A DNA stretch of 64,000 nucleotides from an uncultured Clostridia bacterium (GTDB lineage Bacteria > Bacillota > Clostridia > Oscillospirales > Acutalibacteraceae), in the NCBI GenBank assembly GCA_945863885.1, contig CAMAZY010000014.1:500-64499 (forward strand). The letters are read 5' to 3'. The first letter of the stretch is position 1. Every line of letters begins with the position of its first letter. Shown piece by piece: positions 10,294 to 18,711 of the stretch. The notes beneath the pieces are model-generated. The model was not told the origin of the DNA. It made no database searches and saw only the letters and a list, made by a program, of their open reading frames with translations. The position numbers and the translations under genes were made by a program.

Positions 10294-10308
10294 TCATTCT
10301 TTATCTTA

Positions 10309-10863
10309 TCAGTCCTTCTTATACTTCGCAACAGCCGAAATATAAAGGTCATCGCCGGTGCTGTCCATTACAACAACCGCCGGAAGCTCTTCCACTTCAA
10401 GCTTGCGGATCGCTTCGGGACCCAAGTCGTCGTAAGCGATAACCTCGCTTGACTTGATGCAGTGGGAAAGAAGTGCGCCGGCACCGCCGACAGCGGCGAA
10501 GTAAACGGCTCCGTTTCGAATGACAGCGTCACGAACCTCGTTCGTTCTCTTGCCTTTGCCGATCATGCCGCGAAGACCTAAGTCAAGAAGCTGCGGAGCA
10601 TACGGATCCATTCTGCCTGAGGTGGTCGGACCGGCCGAACCGATGGGTCTTCCCTTTCTTGCCGGGGAGGGTCCCATGTAGTAAATAACGTTGCCCTCCA
10701 CGTCAAGCGGAAGCTTTTCGCCTTTTGCGAGAGCTTCGCTCATTCTTTTGTGAGCGGCGTCACGGGCGGAATAAATGGTGCCGGTGAGATATACATAGTC
10801 ACCTGTCTTGAGGCTCTTTGCGTCCTCTTTGCTTAAGGGTACCTTGACAATTTTCTTATCCAT
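10309..10863 (-). CDS. Fe-S hydro-lyase beta subunit (class I fumarate hydratase or L-tartrate dehydratase C-terminal domain type)
   Basis: GTIYSARDAAHKRM block typical of FumA-C/TtdB. Start set to ATG 10863, 6 nt after GAGGTG. The track GTG at 10872 overlaps the SD. Confidence 0.85.
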   Translation of the reverse strand: MDKKIVKVPLSKEDAKSLKTGDYVYLTGTIYSARDAAHKRMSEALAKGEKLPLDVEGNVIYYMGPSPARKGRPIGSAGPTTSGRMDPYAPQLLDLGLRGMIGKGKRTNEVRDAVIRNGAVYFAAVGGAGALLSHCIKSSEVIAYDDLGPEAIRKLEVEELPAVVVMDSTGDDLYISAVAKYKKD

Positions 10864-10873
10864 CGTTTTCACC

Positions 10874-11719
10874 TCATATCTCTCTTACTGCGTGTCTGTT
10901 GACGTGACAGCAGATGTTTACGGCAACGGGAAGACCCGCAATGTGGGTTGCGTAAGTGTTGATGTTGACAGCAAGAGCGGTGGTCTTTCCGCCGAGTCCG
11001 CCGGGGCCGATGCCGCTGTTGTTGATTTTCTCGAGCATTTCCTCTTCTAATTCCTTGACATACGGAATGTCGGAGCGGACGGAAACGTCTCTTGTAAGGG
11101 CTTTTTTGGCAAGATAGGCGCATTTTTCGAAGGTGCCGCCGATACCGACACCGACAACCATCGGCGGGCAGGCGTTCGGGCCTGCGTCCTTGACAGCGGT
11201 GAGGATAGCGTTCTTGACGCCCTCGATTCCGTCAGCCGGGGTCAGCATGAACATACGGCTCTTGTTTTCGCTTCCGAAGCCTTTCGGCGCAACGGTGATT
11301 TTCACCTTGTCGCCGGGAACGATTTCGGTGTGAAGAATGGCAGGGGTGTTGTCCTGGGTGTTGACACGGATGAGCGGATCACCGACAACGGACTTACGAA
11401 GAAATCCGTCAACATAGCCTCTTCTTACGCCCTCGTTGACAGCGTCGAAAACATCGCCGCCGACGAAGTGAACGTCCTGACCGATTTCAAGGAAAACGAC
11501 CGCCATACCGGTGTCCTGGCAAATCGGGATCATTTCTTTTCCGGCGATTTCAAGGTTTTCACTTAAGGAGTCGAGAACCTTTTTACCGAGAGGAGAAATC
11601 TCCTCGTCGGTTGCCTTTTTGAGTGCGGCGCACATATCTTTTGAAAGATAGTGAGTCGCTTCGATGCACATCTCTTTGATGTTGTCTGTTAAAAGATTGA
11701 CATTAACGTCTCTGACCAT
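10874..11719 (-). CDS. Fe-S hydro-lyase alpha subunit (class I fumarate hydratase or L-tartrate dehydratase N-terminal domain type)
   Basis: CQDTGMAV and NICCH cluster-ligand regions. 281 aa. GGAGGA SD. The stop lies 8 nt upstream of the beta-subunit start at 10863. Confidence 0.85.
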   Translation of the reverse strand: MVRDVNVNLLTDNIKEMCIEATHYLSKDMCAALKKATDEEISPLGKKVLDSLSENLEIAGKEMIPICQDTGMAVVFLEIGQDVHFVGGDVFDAVNEGVRRGYVDGFLRKSVVGDPLIRVNTQDNTPAILHTEIVPGDKVKITVAPKGFGSENKSRMFMLTPADGIEGVKNAILTAVKDAGPNACPPMVVGVGIGGTFEKCAYLAKKALTRDVSVRSDIPYVKELEEEMLEKINNSGIGPGGLGGKTTALAVNINTYATHIAGLPVAVNICCHVNRHAVREI

Positions 11720-11747
11720 AACAGTTTTCCTCCGTTATTTTATTTTT

Positions 11748-13007
11748 TTATCCTACAAACAGGCAGATCGCCTGCGAAATAATAACAACCGCAATCAAAG
11801 CAATCGGATAGGTGGCAGCGTAAGCGGAAGCAACGTCGTCCGTTCCGGCAACGTTAATCAGCGTGCCGAGAGCCGGTGTGCTTGTCATACCGCCGGTGAT
11901 GGAGCCGAGGTTATTCAGCAGGCTCAGCTTTAAAACGTACTTCGCGAACAGGAAGCCTAAAACCATCGGTATAATTGTCATGACGATGCCGTATACAAAG
12001 TAAATCAGCTTGAAGTACTCAACGAACTTTGCGCCGCCGGCAATACCTGCGCCGATAAGGAAAAGCATCAGACCGAGCTCACGGAAGATTTCGAGAACTC
12101 TTTTTTCGACCTTGACGCTCATCGGACCAAAATGTCCGAAGTGACCGAAAACAAGAGCAGTCAGAAGCGTTCCGCCTGTTGTGGTAAGCGAGAACGTTGT
12201 ACCCGAAAAGCCCTTGGAAGAAAGCGGAATACGGATTGCGCCGACAAGAATACCGATAAATGCGGCAAGAGCGAACGCCATAAAGCCGAACTGATCCATT
12301 TCGATAAGCTTTCCTTTATATTCCTTTTTCTTTGAGCCGGTATCAACAACGGCAATCTTGGCTCTTTCCTCGTCCATGTTGGCTTTCATAAGCTTCGGCA
12401 TAATCTGAACGAAGAGAACGACACCGATAACGCCAAACAGGTACGCAATACCGTGACCGACGGTAACGGCGTCCTCGTATTCGGGAAGAACGGTTGCTTT
12501 CGCCGCCGAGAAAGCGGGCGTACTCGTCAGCGAGCCGGAAAGAAGTCCGACAAGCATGGCGACAAACTCTTTCGGGTCGCTTTCGCCGCCCTTACCGATA
12601 TAGAAGCAGGCAATACACGAAAGACCGCCGGCAAGAATGACGACAAGACCTAACAGGATATAGGACTTATAGTTTTGCTTGAGGTTTTTAAAGAAGTTCG
12701 GGCCTGCGATAAAGCCGACCGAGGTAACGAACAGGATAAGACCGAGATTTTCAACAATTTTCAGCGCATTCGAGCTGATATCGACCGGCGATCCGTTTAC
12801 CATCTGCGTTACCGTTGCCTGAAGCGGACCCGAGAAAAGGGCACCGTAAAAAAGAGCGACGATGAAAACGCCGGCTGTACCGAGGCTTACGCCTTTAATT
12901 GTGATTCTGCCAAGTGCATAGCCGACGGCCGCAATGACGAACACCGAGAACATCAAAAACGCTATACCCTTGACGGAGATAACTCCACCTAATAAACTCA
13001 TTGGCAT
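11748..13007 (-). CDS. Permease of the YidE/YbjL/AspT (Asp-Al_Ex) type, lacking the TrkA-C insert
   Basis: Two-fold repeat, each half ending in a G(S/G)xTSTPA motif (SGSLTSTPAF and TGGMTSTPAL). About 10-12 TM helices. The start could be ATG 13001 instead, which has better SD spacing. Confidence 0.7.
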   Translation of the reverse strand: MPMSLLGGVISVKGIAFLMFSVFVIAAVGYALGRITIKGVSLGTAGVFIVALFYGALFSGPLQATVTQMVNGSPVDISSNALKIVENLGLILFVTSVGFIAGPNFFKNLKQNYKSYILLGLVVILAGGLSCIACFYIGKGGESDPKEFVAMLVGLLSGSLTSTPAFSAAKATVLPEYEDAVTVGHGIAYLFGVIGVVLFVQIMPKLMKANMDEERAKIAVVDTGSKKKEYKGKLIEMDQFGFMAFALAAFIGILVGAIRIPLSSKGFSGTTFSLTTTGGTLLTALVFGHFGHFGPMSVKVEKRVLEIFRELGLMLFLIGAGIAGGAKFVEYFKLIYFVYGIVMTIIPMVLGFLFAKYVLKLSLLNNLGSITGGMTSTPALGTLINVAGTDDVASAYAATYPIALIAVVIISQAICLFVG

Positions 13008-13114
13008 TTCACCGCTAAAATAAAGCGGCGCAGCACCTACCTTTCATTGTTTTTTCTCTGAATTTGAACAGAGGATTCAGCCGTAGTGTTCCCTACGGCT
13101 GAACGCTTTATCAA

Positions 13115-14719
13115 TTATTGATTGACTTTTCTTGTGTAATCCGGAAGAAGCTTCGGGCTGACGCAGTCGCTTTCGATGCCTGCGTCGTCAAGCTCTTTCT
13201 GGAAAGCGTCAACGTGAGAAAGAGTAAGCTTTCCGACGGTCGTCTCCTTTGCAGCTTTTGCAGCGTTCTGACCGGCGTTTCTGCCGAATACGATGATGTC
13301 AAGAAGAGAGTTACCCATCAGACGGTTTCTTCCGTGGATTCCTCCGACAGCCTCACCGGCAACAAAGAGGTTTTCAACGTCCGTCATGCCGTTAGCGGCA
13401 ATCTTGAGTCCGCCGTTCTGATAATGAAGAGTCGGGTAAACAAGGATCGGTTCTTTTCTCATGTCGATGCCGTACTGAAGATACATACGAAGCATAGCGG
13501 GGATTCTCTTTTCGATTGCGCCCTCGCCGTGAATCATTTCAATCATCGGGGTATCAAGCCATACGCCGTATCCGCCGCCCGGAGTCGGAACACCCTTGCC
13601 TCTTGTCGAGCACTCACGAATAATCGAAGAAGCGGTAACGTCACGGGTCTCAAGCGGATTCATGAACGCTTCACCGTCAACGTTAACGAGAAGTGCGCCG
13701 AGAGAACGAACCTTTTCGGTAACAAGTGCGCCGAAAATCTGGGACGGATAGGCAACGCCTGTCGGATGATACTGAATCGTATCGGCGTAAAGAAGCGGTG
13801 CGCCCGCCCGGTAACCGAGAATCAGACCGTCGGCGGTTGCGCCGTAGTGGTTCGAAGTCGGGAAGCCCTGATAGTGAAGACGTCCTGCACCGCCGGTGGC
13901 GATGATGACGGTCTTGGCTTTCGCAACGTAAAGCTCGTTTGTTTCCATATTCTGAAGAACGGCGCCGGCAACCTTGCCGTTTTCGTCCTTGATCAGCTCA
14001 ATAGCCGCTGTGTAGTCCACAACGGGAATGCCGAGGTTCCATACCTCGTCACGAAGAACACGCATAATTTCTGCGCCGGAGTAGTCCTTGCAGGCGTGCA
14101 TTCTCTTTCTTGAGGTTCCGCCGCCGTGGGTGGTAACCATGGTGCCGTCCTCTTCCTTGTCGAACATAACGCCGAGGTCATTAAGCCACTTGATAGCGCC
14201 CGGAGCGTCACAGACAAGCTTCTTTAAAAGCTCGGGCTTGTTGCAGAAGTGACCGCCGCCGAGAGCGTCAACGTAGTGGATCGCCGGGGAATCGTTGGGC
14301 TTGTCAGCCGCCTGAATTCCGCCCTCCGCCATCATGGTGTTGGCGTCACCGATACGAAGCTTGGTAACGATCATGGTGTTTGCCCCTGCGTTGAACGCCT
14401 CAATCGCTGCCGAGGAGCCTGCTCCGCCGCCGCCGATGATGAGAACGTCAACGTCATATTTCGGGTTTTCGAGGTCGATATCCTTGCCGAGAACACGGCT
14501 TGTACCCTCGAGAAGATGACGAAGCTCCGACGGAACCTTTTCGCCCTTGTTGGGGCCTACATGAAGCGTCTCGAAGCCTGCGTCTTTATAGTCGGGATGG
14601 TATTCCTTAAGAAGCGCATCCTTTTCGTCGGCTGTCATCTTGCGAAGATCCATGCCGAGTCTTGCCTGTCTTGTTGCTTCAACCTTTTTAATGGAAGCGA
14701 GCATTTCTTCTGTTAACAT
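13115..14719 (-). CDS. Soluble SdhA/FrdA/NadB-family FAD flavoprotein (fumarate-reductase-like)
   Basis: Start set at ATG 14719 (MLTEEML...), with GGAGGGA 8 nt upstream. Motifs VLIIGGGGAGSSAA, QYHPTG (the HPT motif of FrdA), TEKVR (position of the catalytic Arg) and RLMGNSLLD. Has an N-terminal extension of about 85 aa before the dinucleotide fold. Confidence 0.8.
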   Translation of the reverse strand: MLTEEMLASIKKVEATRQARLGMDLRKMTADEKDALLKEYHPDYKDAGFETLHVGPNKGEKVPSELRHLLEGTSRVLGKDIDLENPKYDVDVLIIGGGGAGSSAAIEAFNAGANTMIVTKLRIGDANTMMAEGGIQAADKPNDSPAIHYVDALGGGHFCNKPELLKKLVCDAPGAIKWLNDLGVMFDKEEDGTMVTTHGGGTSRKRMHACKDYSGAEIMRVLRDEVWNLGIPVVDYTAAIELIKDENGKVAGAVLQNMETNELYVAKAKTVIIATGGAGRLHYQGFPTSNHYGATADGLILGYRAGAPLLYADTIQYHPTGVAYPSQIFGALVTEKVRSLGALLVNVDGEAFMNPLETRDVTASSIIRECSTRGKGVPTPGGGYGVWLDTPMIEMIHGEGAIEKRIPAMLRMYLQYGIDMRKEPILVYPTLHYQNGGLKIAANGMTDVENLFVAGEAVGGIHGRNRLMGNSLLDIIVFGRNAGQNAAKAAKETTVGKLTLSHVDAFQKELDDAGIESDCVSPKLLPDYTRKVNQ

Positions 14720-14733
14720 TTTACCGTCCCTCC

Positions 14734-15408
14734 TTATTTCTCGATATCTCTGTTGTTGTAAAGGTCTTTCAGCTCGTCGATGCTCTTTGCCATCACTTCG
14801 GCAACCGGAGCGTCCCATTCACCGTTCTCGATTTCGGCAACTCTCTGTTTGAGGTGCTCGGTTTCGGGGGCGATGTATTTGCCGGTAAGACGTCTTGCCA
14901 GAACGGCAACCTGAGCGTGGGTGATGCCGGCCGGGCATCTTGTTGAGCAAAGTCCGCACGCAACACAGTCAAACGAGGTGTCGGCGCACTTTTTGTATTC
15001 GCCTCTCTGGGCGTAAGCGATGTACTGCATAACCGGCAGGCTCTGCGGACAAACCTTGGTGCAGGCGTTACAGCCGATGCAGGAATAAATCTCGGGATAA
15101 AGCTCCATCATAATCTGCTCGGTGGGCTTGATCTCACGGATATCGTAGGTCGCTTTCTTGGTCGGGAAGAACGGAACGGAGGAAATGTACATACCCTCCT
15201 GAACCTGCGTCTGACAGGCAAGGCCCGTCTTCAGCTCAAATTCACCCTTGATCCGGTAAATCGTTCCGCAGGCACCGCAAAAGCCGTTACGGCAGCCGCA
15301 GCCTCTGACGTACTTGTAGCCCGCATATTCCATAGCGGTCATGATGGTAAGGCTTGCCGGTACTTCGTACTGCTTGCCCATGATATAAATATTTACTGTT
15401 TTTTCCAT
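14734..15408 (-). CDS. SdhB/FrdB-like iron-sulfur protein
   Basis: CRNGFCGAC...C (Cx4Cx2C...C, 2Fe-2S pattern) plus CIGCNACTKVCP and CVACGLCSTRCP. ATG 15408 lies 8 nt after AAGAGG. Confidence 0.78.
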   Translation of the reverse strand: MEKTVNIYIMGKQYEVPASLTIMTAMEYAGYKYVRGCGCRNGFCGACGTIYRIKGEFELKTGLACQTQVQEGMYISSVPFFPTKKATYDIREIKPTEQIMMELYPEIYSCIGCNACTKVCPQSLPVMQYIAYAQRGEYKKCADTSFDCVACGLCSTRCPAGITHAQVAVLARRLTGKYIAPETEHLKQRVAEIENGEWDAPVAEVMAKSIDELKDLYNNRDIEK

Positions 15409-15420
15409 ACTCAAAACCTC

Positions 15421-16266
15421 TTAATATTCGTTCGGTAATTCGTCAATTTCGTCACAGCGGAAAACGGGGCCGTCCTTGCAGACGTATTTGCTTCCGATAT
15501 TGCATCTTCCGCACTTTCCGATTCCGCATTTCATTTTAAGCTCAAGCGTGGTGTAAACCTGCGTTTTTTCGAAGCCCATTTCAATCAACGCCTGAAGCAC
15601 GAACTTAATCATAATCGGCGGACCGCAGATAACGGCCGTGCTTGTCGGCGGGAAATCAAGCTCCTTGAGGTAGGACGGAACAAAGCCGACGTGGCCGTCC
15701 CAGCCCTCCTGCTCGCGGTCAATCGTCAGGTATACGTTGATACCCTCCTCCTTGAGCCATTCATTTTCGATCTCGTCGAAGTCAACCAGATCGTCCTTGC
15801 TTCTTGAGCCGTAGAGAATGTCGATCTTGCCGTAGTTTTCTCTGTTGGCTCTGACATAGTTAATAACCGAATGAAGCGGTGCAAGACCGATACCGCCGGC
15901 AATAAAGAGTAAGTCCTTGCCTTTGAATTCGGTGTCGACCGGGAAGGGCTTTCCGTAAGGTCCTCTTACGCAAACCTCTTCGCCCGCTTCCATCGAATGA
16001 AGATAATCGGTCAGAAGTCCGCAGCGTTTGATGCTGAAATCCTTGTAGCCTTTTTCTGTCGGGGAGGAAGTAATGGAGAACATCGCCTCGCCGACGCCGG
16101 GAACGGTGAGCATTGCGCACTGTCCGGGCATGTGGTCAAAAAGCTCTTCGCCCTCGAGGGCAACAACACGGAAGGTCTTGACGTCGGGGGTGTCCTGACG
16201 GATGCTTACGACCTTGACCGTCTGCGGGATGAGCTTATCAACCGGTGTTCCGCAATTACAGCTCAT
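15421..16266 (-). CDS. FlxA / AsrB / sulfhydrogenase-gamma-like FAD-NAD(P)H oxidoreductase with a C-terminal 2Fe-2S
   Basis: FNR-like fold (AMFSITSSP, FIAGGIGLAPL) and C-terminal CGIGKCGRCNIG. The start overlaps the upstream stop (ATGA). Confidence 0.8.
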   Translation of the reverse strand: MSCNCGTPVDKLIPQTVKVVSIRQDTPDVKTFRVVALEGEELFDHMPGQCAMLTVPGVGEAMFSITSSPTEKGYKDFSIKRCGLLTDYLHSMEAGEEVCVRGPYGKPFPVDTEFKGKDLLFIAGGIGLAPLHSVINYVRANRENYGKIDILYGSRSKDDLVDFDEIENEWLKEEGINVYLTIDREQEGWDGHVGFVPSYLKELDFPPTSTAVICGPPIMIKFVLQALIEMGFEKTQVYTTLELKMKCGIGKCGRCNIGSKYVCKDGPVFRCDEIDELPNEY

Positions 16267-17288
16267 GATTTGTCACCTCCGAATGCTTTTATTACCTTTG
16301 CGATATTCATGGAAATCGGACACTTGTTGACACAGCGTCCGCAGCCTACGCACGAATACATACCGTCGTTGTTGGCCGGGAAGTAAACGAGCTTGTGCAT
16401 AAATCTCTGTCTGAAGCGCTGAAGCTGAGAGGGTCTCGGCGTTCCGTGCGCCATCATGGTGAAATCGTTATACATACATGAGTCCCAGCAGCGGTACCGC
16501 TGGATTCCGTGGCCGGTGTCATAGTCCCGGATGTCGTAGCACTGACAGGTCGGGCAAACGAAGGTGCACGCACCGCAGCCGAGGCAGGAAGCCGAAAGCT
16601 TTTCCCATTCGGGAGCATCAAACTTCGCTTCGGTTGCGTCGCCGTCCCAGCCGTCAAGCGAAAGAGAGGCAAGCGGAAGATTTTTCACGATTTCCTTAAT
16701 TTTTGCTTTTTCGGCTTCGACCGTACCGTCAGCGTTTTCTTCGGTAAGAACCGAAGCTACTGCTTTGGTGAGTTCTTCGCCCTTTTCGGTAAGGGCCTTC
16801 CAGTAAAGCTTTTCGCCGACAAACCATGTTGCAACGTCCGCCTTGGGTTCGGACGGGTCGATGCCGAAAACCGAGCAGAAGCAGCTTTCTTCGGGCTCAC
16901 TGCAAGCGGTCGCAACAACCGTGCAGTTTTCACGTCTTGCCTTGTAGAAGGAATCGGCAGGCTCTGACAGGAAAACTCTGTCAAGAACGTCAAAGGAAGC
17001 GACATCGCAGGCACGGACACCGAAAACAACGGTCTTTTCCGTCGGAATCGTGTCGGGCGTCACCTTGATTTTTCCGTCTGTCTTTTCAAAGGAAACAATG
17101 TTCTCGCTTTGCGGGAAGAACATATCCTTGGGGGATTTTACGGTTTTAAGCTCGTCGCAGTATTCGGTACCGGCTTCATACTTTGTGAAGTTATTCTGAC
17201 CTGCCTTTTTAACGGGGAGGTACAACTCACAAGAAGCCGAGATAGCACCGAACAAATCGGACAGCTTGGATTTTTCAATCGTATACAT
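16263..17288 (-). CDS. FlxB / AsrA / sulfhydrogenase-beta-like 4Fe-4S protein
   Basis: CLGCGACTFVCPTC and CVGCGRCVNKCP. N-terminus similar to AsrA/HydB type. Confidence 0.72.
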   Translation of the reverse strand: MYTIEKSKLSDLFGAISASCELYLPVKKAGQNNFTKYEAGTEYCDELKTVKSPKDMFFPQSENIVSFEKTDGKIKVTPDTIPTEKTVVFGVRACDVASFDVLDRVFLSEPADSFYKARRENCTVVATACSEPEESCFCSVFGIDPSEPKADVATWFVGEKLYWKALTEKGEELTKAVASVLTEENADGTVEAEKAKIKEIVKNLPLASLSLDGWDGDATEAKFDAPEWEKLSASCLGCGACTFVCPTCQCYDIRDYDTGHGIQRYRCWDSCMYNDFTMMAHGTPRPSQLQRFRQRFMHKLVYFPANNDGMYSCVGCGRCVNKCPISMNIAKVIKAFGGDKS

Positions 17289-17290
17289 GC

Positions 17291-18277
17291 TTATTCGTTC
17301 CCCCTCTCGTGTACAATTGACGGCTCGGCATCGTCAAAGGTGAAGTTGACAAGCGGCGCTCTTGAACCGACTTCTTCACCGGCCTGATAGTCGCCGTAAA
17401 GCTCGTCAATATCCTTGATGAACTTTCTGTTGAGAAGATGAAGCGGAATGCCCTGCGGACAAACTCTTGAACATTCGCCGCAGTCCGTGCATCTTCCGGC
17501 AACGTGGAAAGCCCGGATGATATGGAACATTTTTTCTTCGAACGAGTTCGAGTTTACCTTTCCGGCGGCTCCGGAAACGGGGTTGTCAAACACGCACTTC
17601 ATGCATGAGCAAGCGGGGCATACGTTCCGGCAGGCGTTACAGCGGATACACTTCGAAAGCTCGTTGTTCCAGAAAGCGAAGCGCTCCTCGCTTGTCATGT
17701 TTTCGAGCAAAGCAACACCCTCGAAGCGGTCTGCGCCCTTTTCGCCGGGTTCTTCGACGTCAATCACTTCGTCGAAAGCCTTGAAGTCCTTGCCCTTACA
17801 GCAAACGCACTTTTCCAAAAGAGCGTCCGCACGTTTACATTTTTTATCGCCGTAAATCGTCTTGATGTCAAGCTCGTCGCCGTTGTCAAGTACCTTTGTA
17901 ATGCCCTTGAAGCCCATCGCCTTAAGCTTTTCGATGTCAAGCATCCCCTTACAGCCGACGCCGATGACATAAATCTTGTCCCGGTCGATTCTGTGCTCGG
18001 TTAAAAGCTGATTGAACGAATAGGTGTCGCAGGGCTTAAGAAGAACAAGAATTTTGCCCTCTTTCTGATCCTTGCAGGCATTGATGAGATATTTACTTAA
18101 GTTCGCGCCGCAGAAGCTGCCGTATTCAAGGTCGGAAAGCTGGTCAGCGGACTCAAAAAATGCGGGAGTGACATCATAGAAAAAGTCGCCGCATTTATAG
18201 CCGAGAACTCTTGTGACCGTACCGTCCGAAAGAAGCTCGCCGGCTCTTTTGATTACTAATCCTCTTACTTTTTGCAT
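17291..18277 (-). CDS. FlxC-like 4Fe-4S protein
   Basis: CIRCNACRNVCPAC and CTDCGECSRVCP. Only 2 nt from the next gene, and its start overlaps the mvhD 3' end by 13 nt. Confidence 0.7.
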   Translation of the reverse strand: MQKVRGLVIKRAGELLSDGTVTRVLGYKCGDFFYDVTPAFFESADQLSDLEYGSFCGANLSKYLINACKDQKEGKILVLLKPCDTYSFNQLLTEHRIDRDKIYVIGVGCKGMLDIEKLKAMGFKGITKVLDNGDELDIKTIYGDKKCKRADALLEKCVCCKGKDFKAFDEVIDVEEPGEKGADRFEGVALLENMTSEERFAFWNNELSKCIRCNACRNVCPACSCMKCVFDNPVSGAAGKVNSNSFEEKMFHIIRAFHVAGRCTDCGECSRVCPQGIPLHLLNRKFIKDIDELYGDYQAGEEVGSRAPLVNFTFDDAEPSIVHERGNE

Positions 18278-18711
18278 CTGATGTCTCCTAACTTCACATT
18301 CTCGCCAAGTTCCGTAATGGTTTTCGCAAAGTCATTCATAACGAGCGAAAACTTCTGACCCTCGGCGGCGGAAACCCATTCGACTCTTGTTCTCTTGCGA
18401 TCGATTCCGAGATAGTCGAGCATACTGAACAAAAGAGTCATTCTTCTTCTTGCGTAATAGTTACCCGTGCTGTAATGGCAGTCGCCGGGGTGACAGCCGC
18501 ACATGATCACGCCGTCTGCGCCTTTCTCAAAAGCCTTGAGAATGAACATCGGGTTCACACGGCACGAGCACGGGACTCTGATTATTTTCACGTCGGCAGG
18601 ATAGCTGAGTCGGCTTGTTCCGGCAAGGTCGGCGCCGGCGTAGCTGCACCAGTTACAGCAGAAAGCAACAATCAGAGGTTTCCATTCTTTTGCGTTTTCG
18701 TTTACTTGCAT
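18265..18711 (-). CDS. mvhD: MvhD/FlxD-type hydrogenase iron-sulfur delta-subunit-like protein
   Basis: CCNWCSYAGADLAG...RVPCSCRVNP...CGCHPGDCHY, the canonical MvhD pattern. Confidence 0.88.
   Translation of the reverse strand: MQVNENAKEWKPLIVAFCCNWCSYAGADLAGTSRLSYPADVKIIRVPCSCRVNPMFILKAFEKGADGVIMCGCHPGDCHYSTGNYYARRRMTLLFSMLDYLGIDRKRTRVEWVSAAEGQKFSLVMNDFAKTITELGENVKLGDIRCKK

Noticed and set aside
13076-13103. Hairpin ttcagccgtag...ctacggctgaa as the terminator of the hdr-frd operon
   Set aside because: On the - strand it is not followed by a T-run, so I did not list it as a terminator. It may be a processing or stabilising stem, or a weak terminator, so operon continuity into the permease and fumarase genes stays open.
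13118-14113. 331-aa ORF on the + strand
   Set aside because: It is antisense to the FrdA-like flavoprotein gene and is a shadow ORF. The same applies to 14249-14716, 15997-16386, 16509-16967, 17448-17855, 19551-19928 and 20073-20540 inside the hdr/flx genes.
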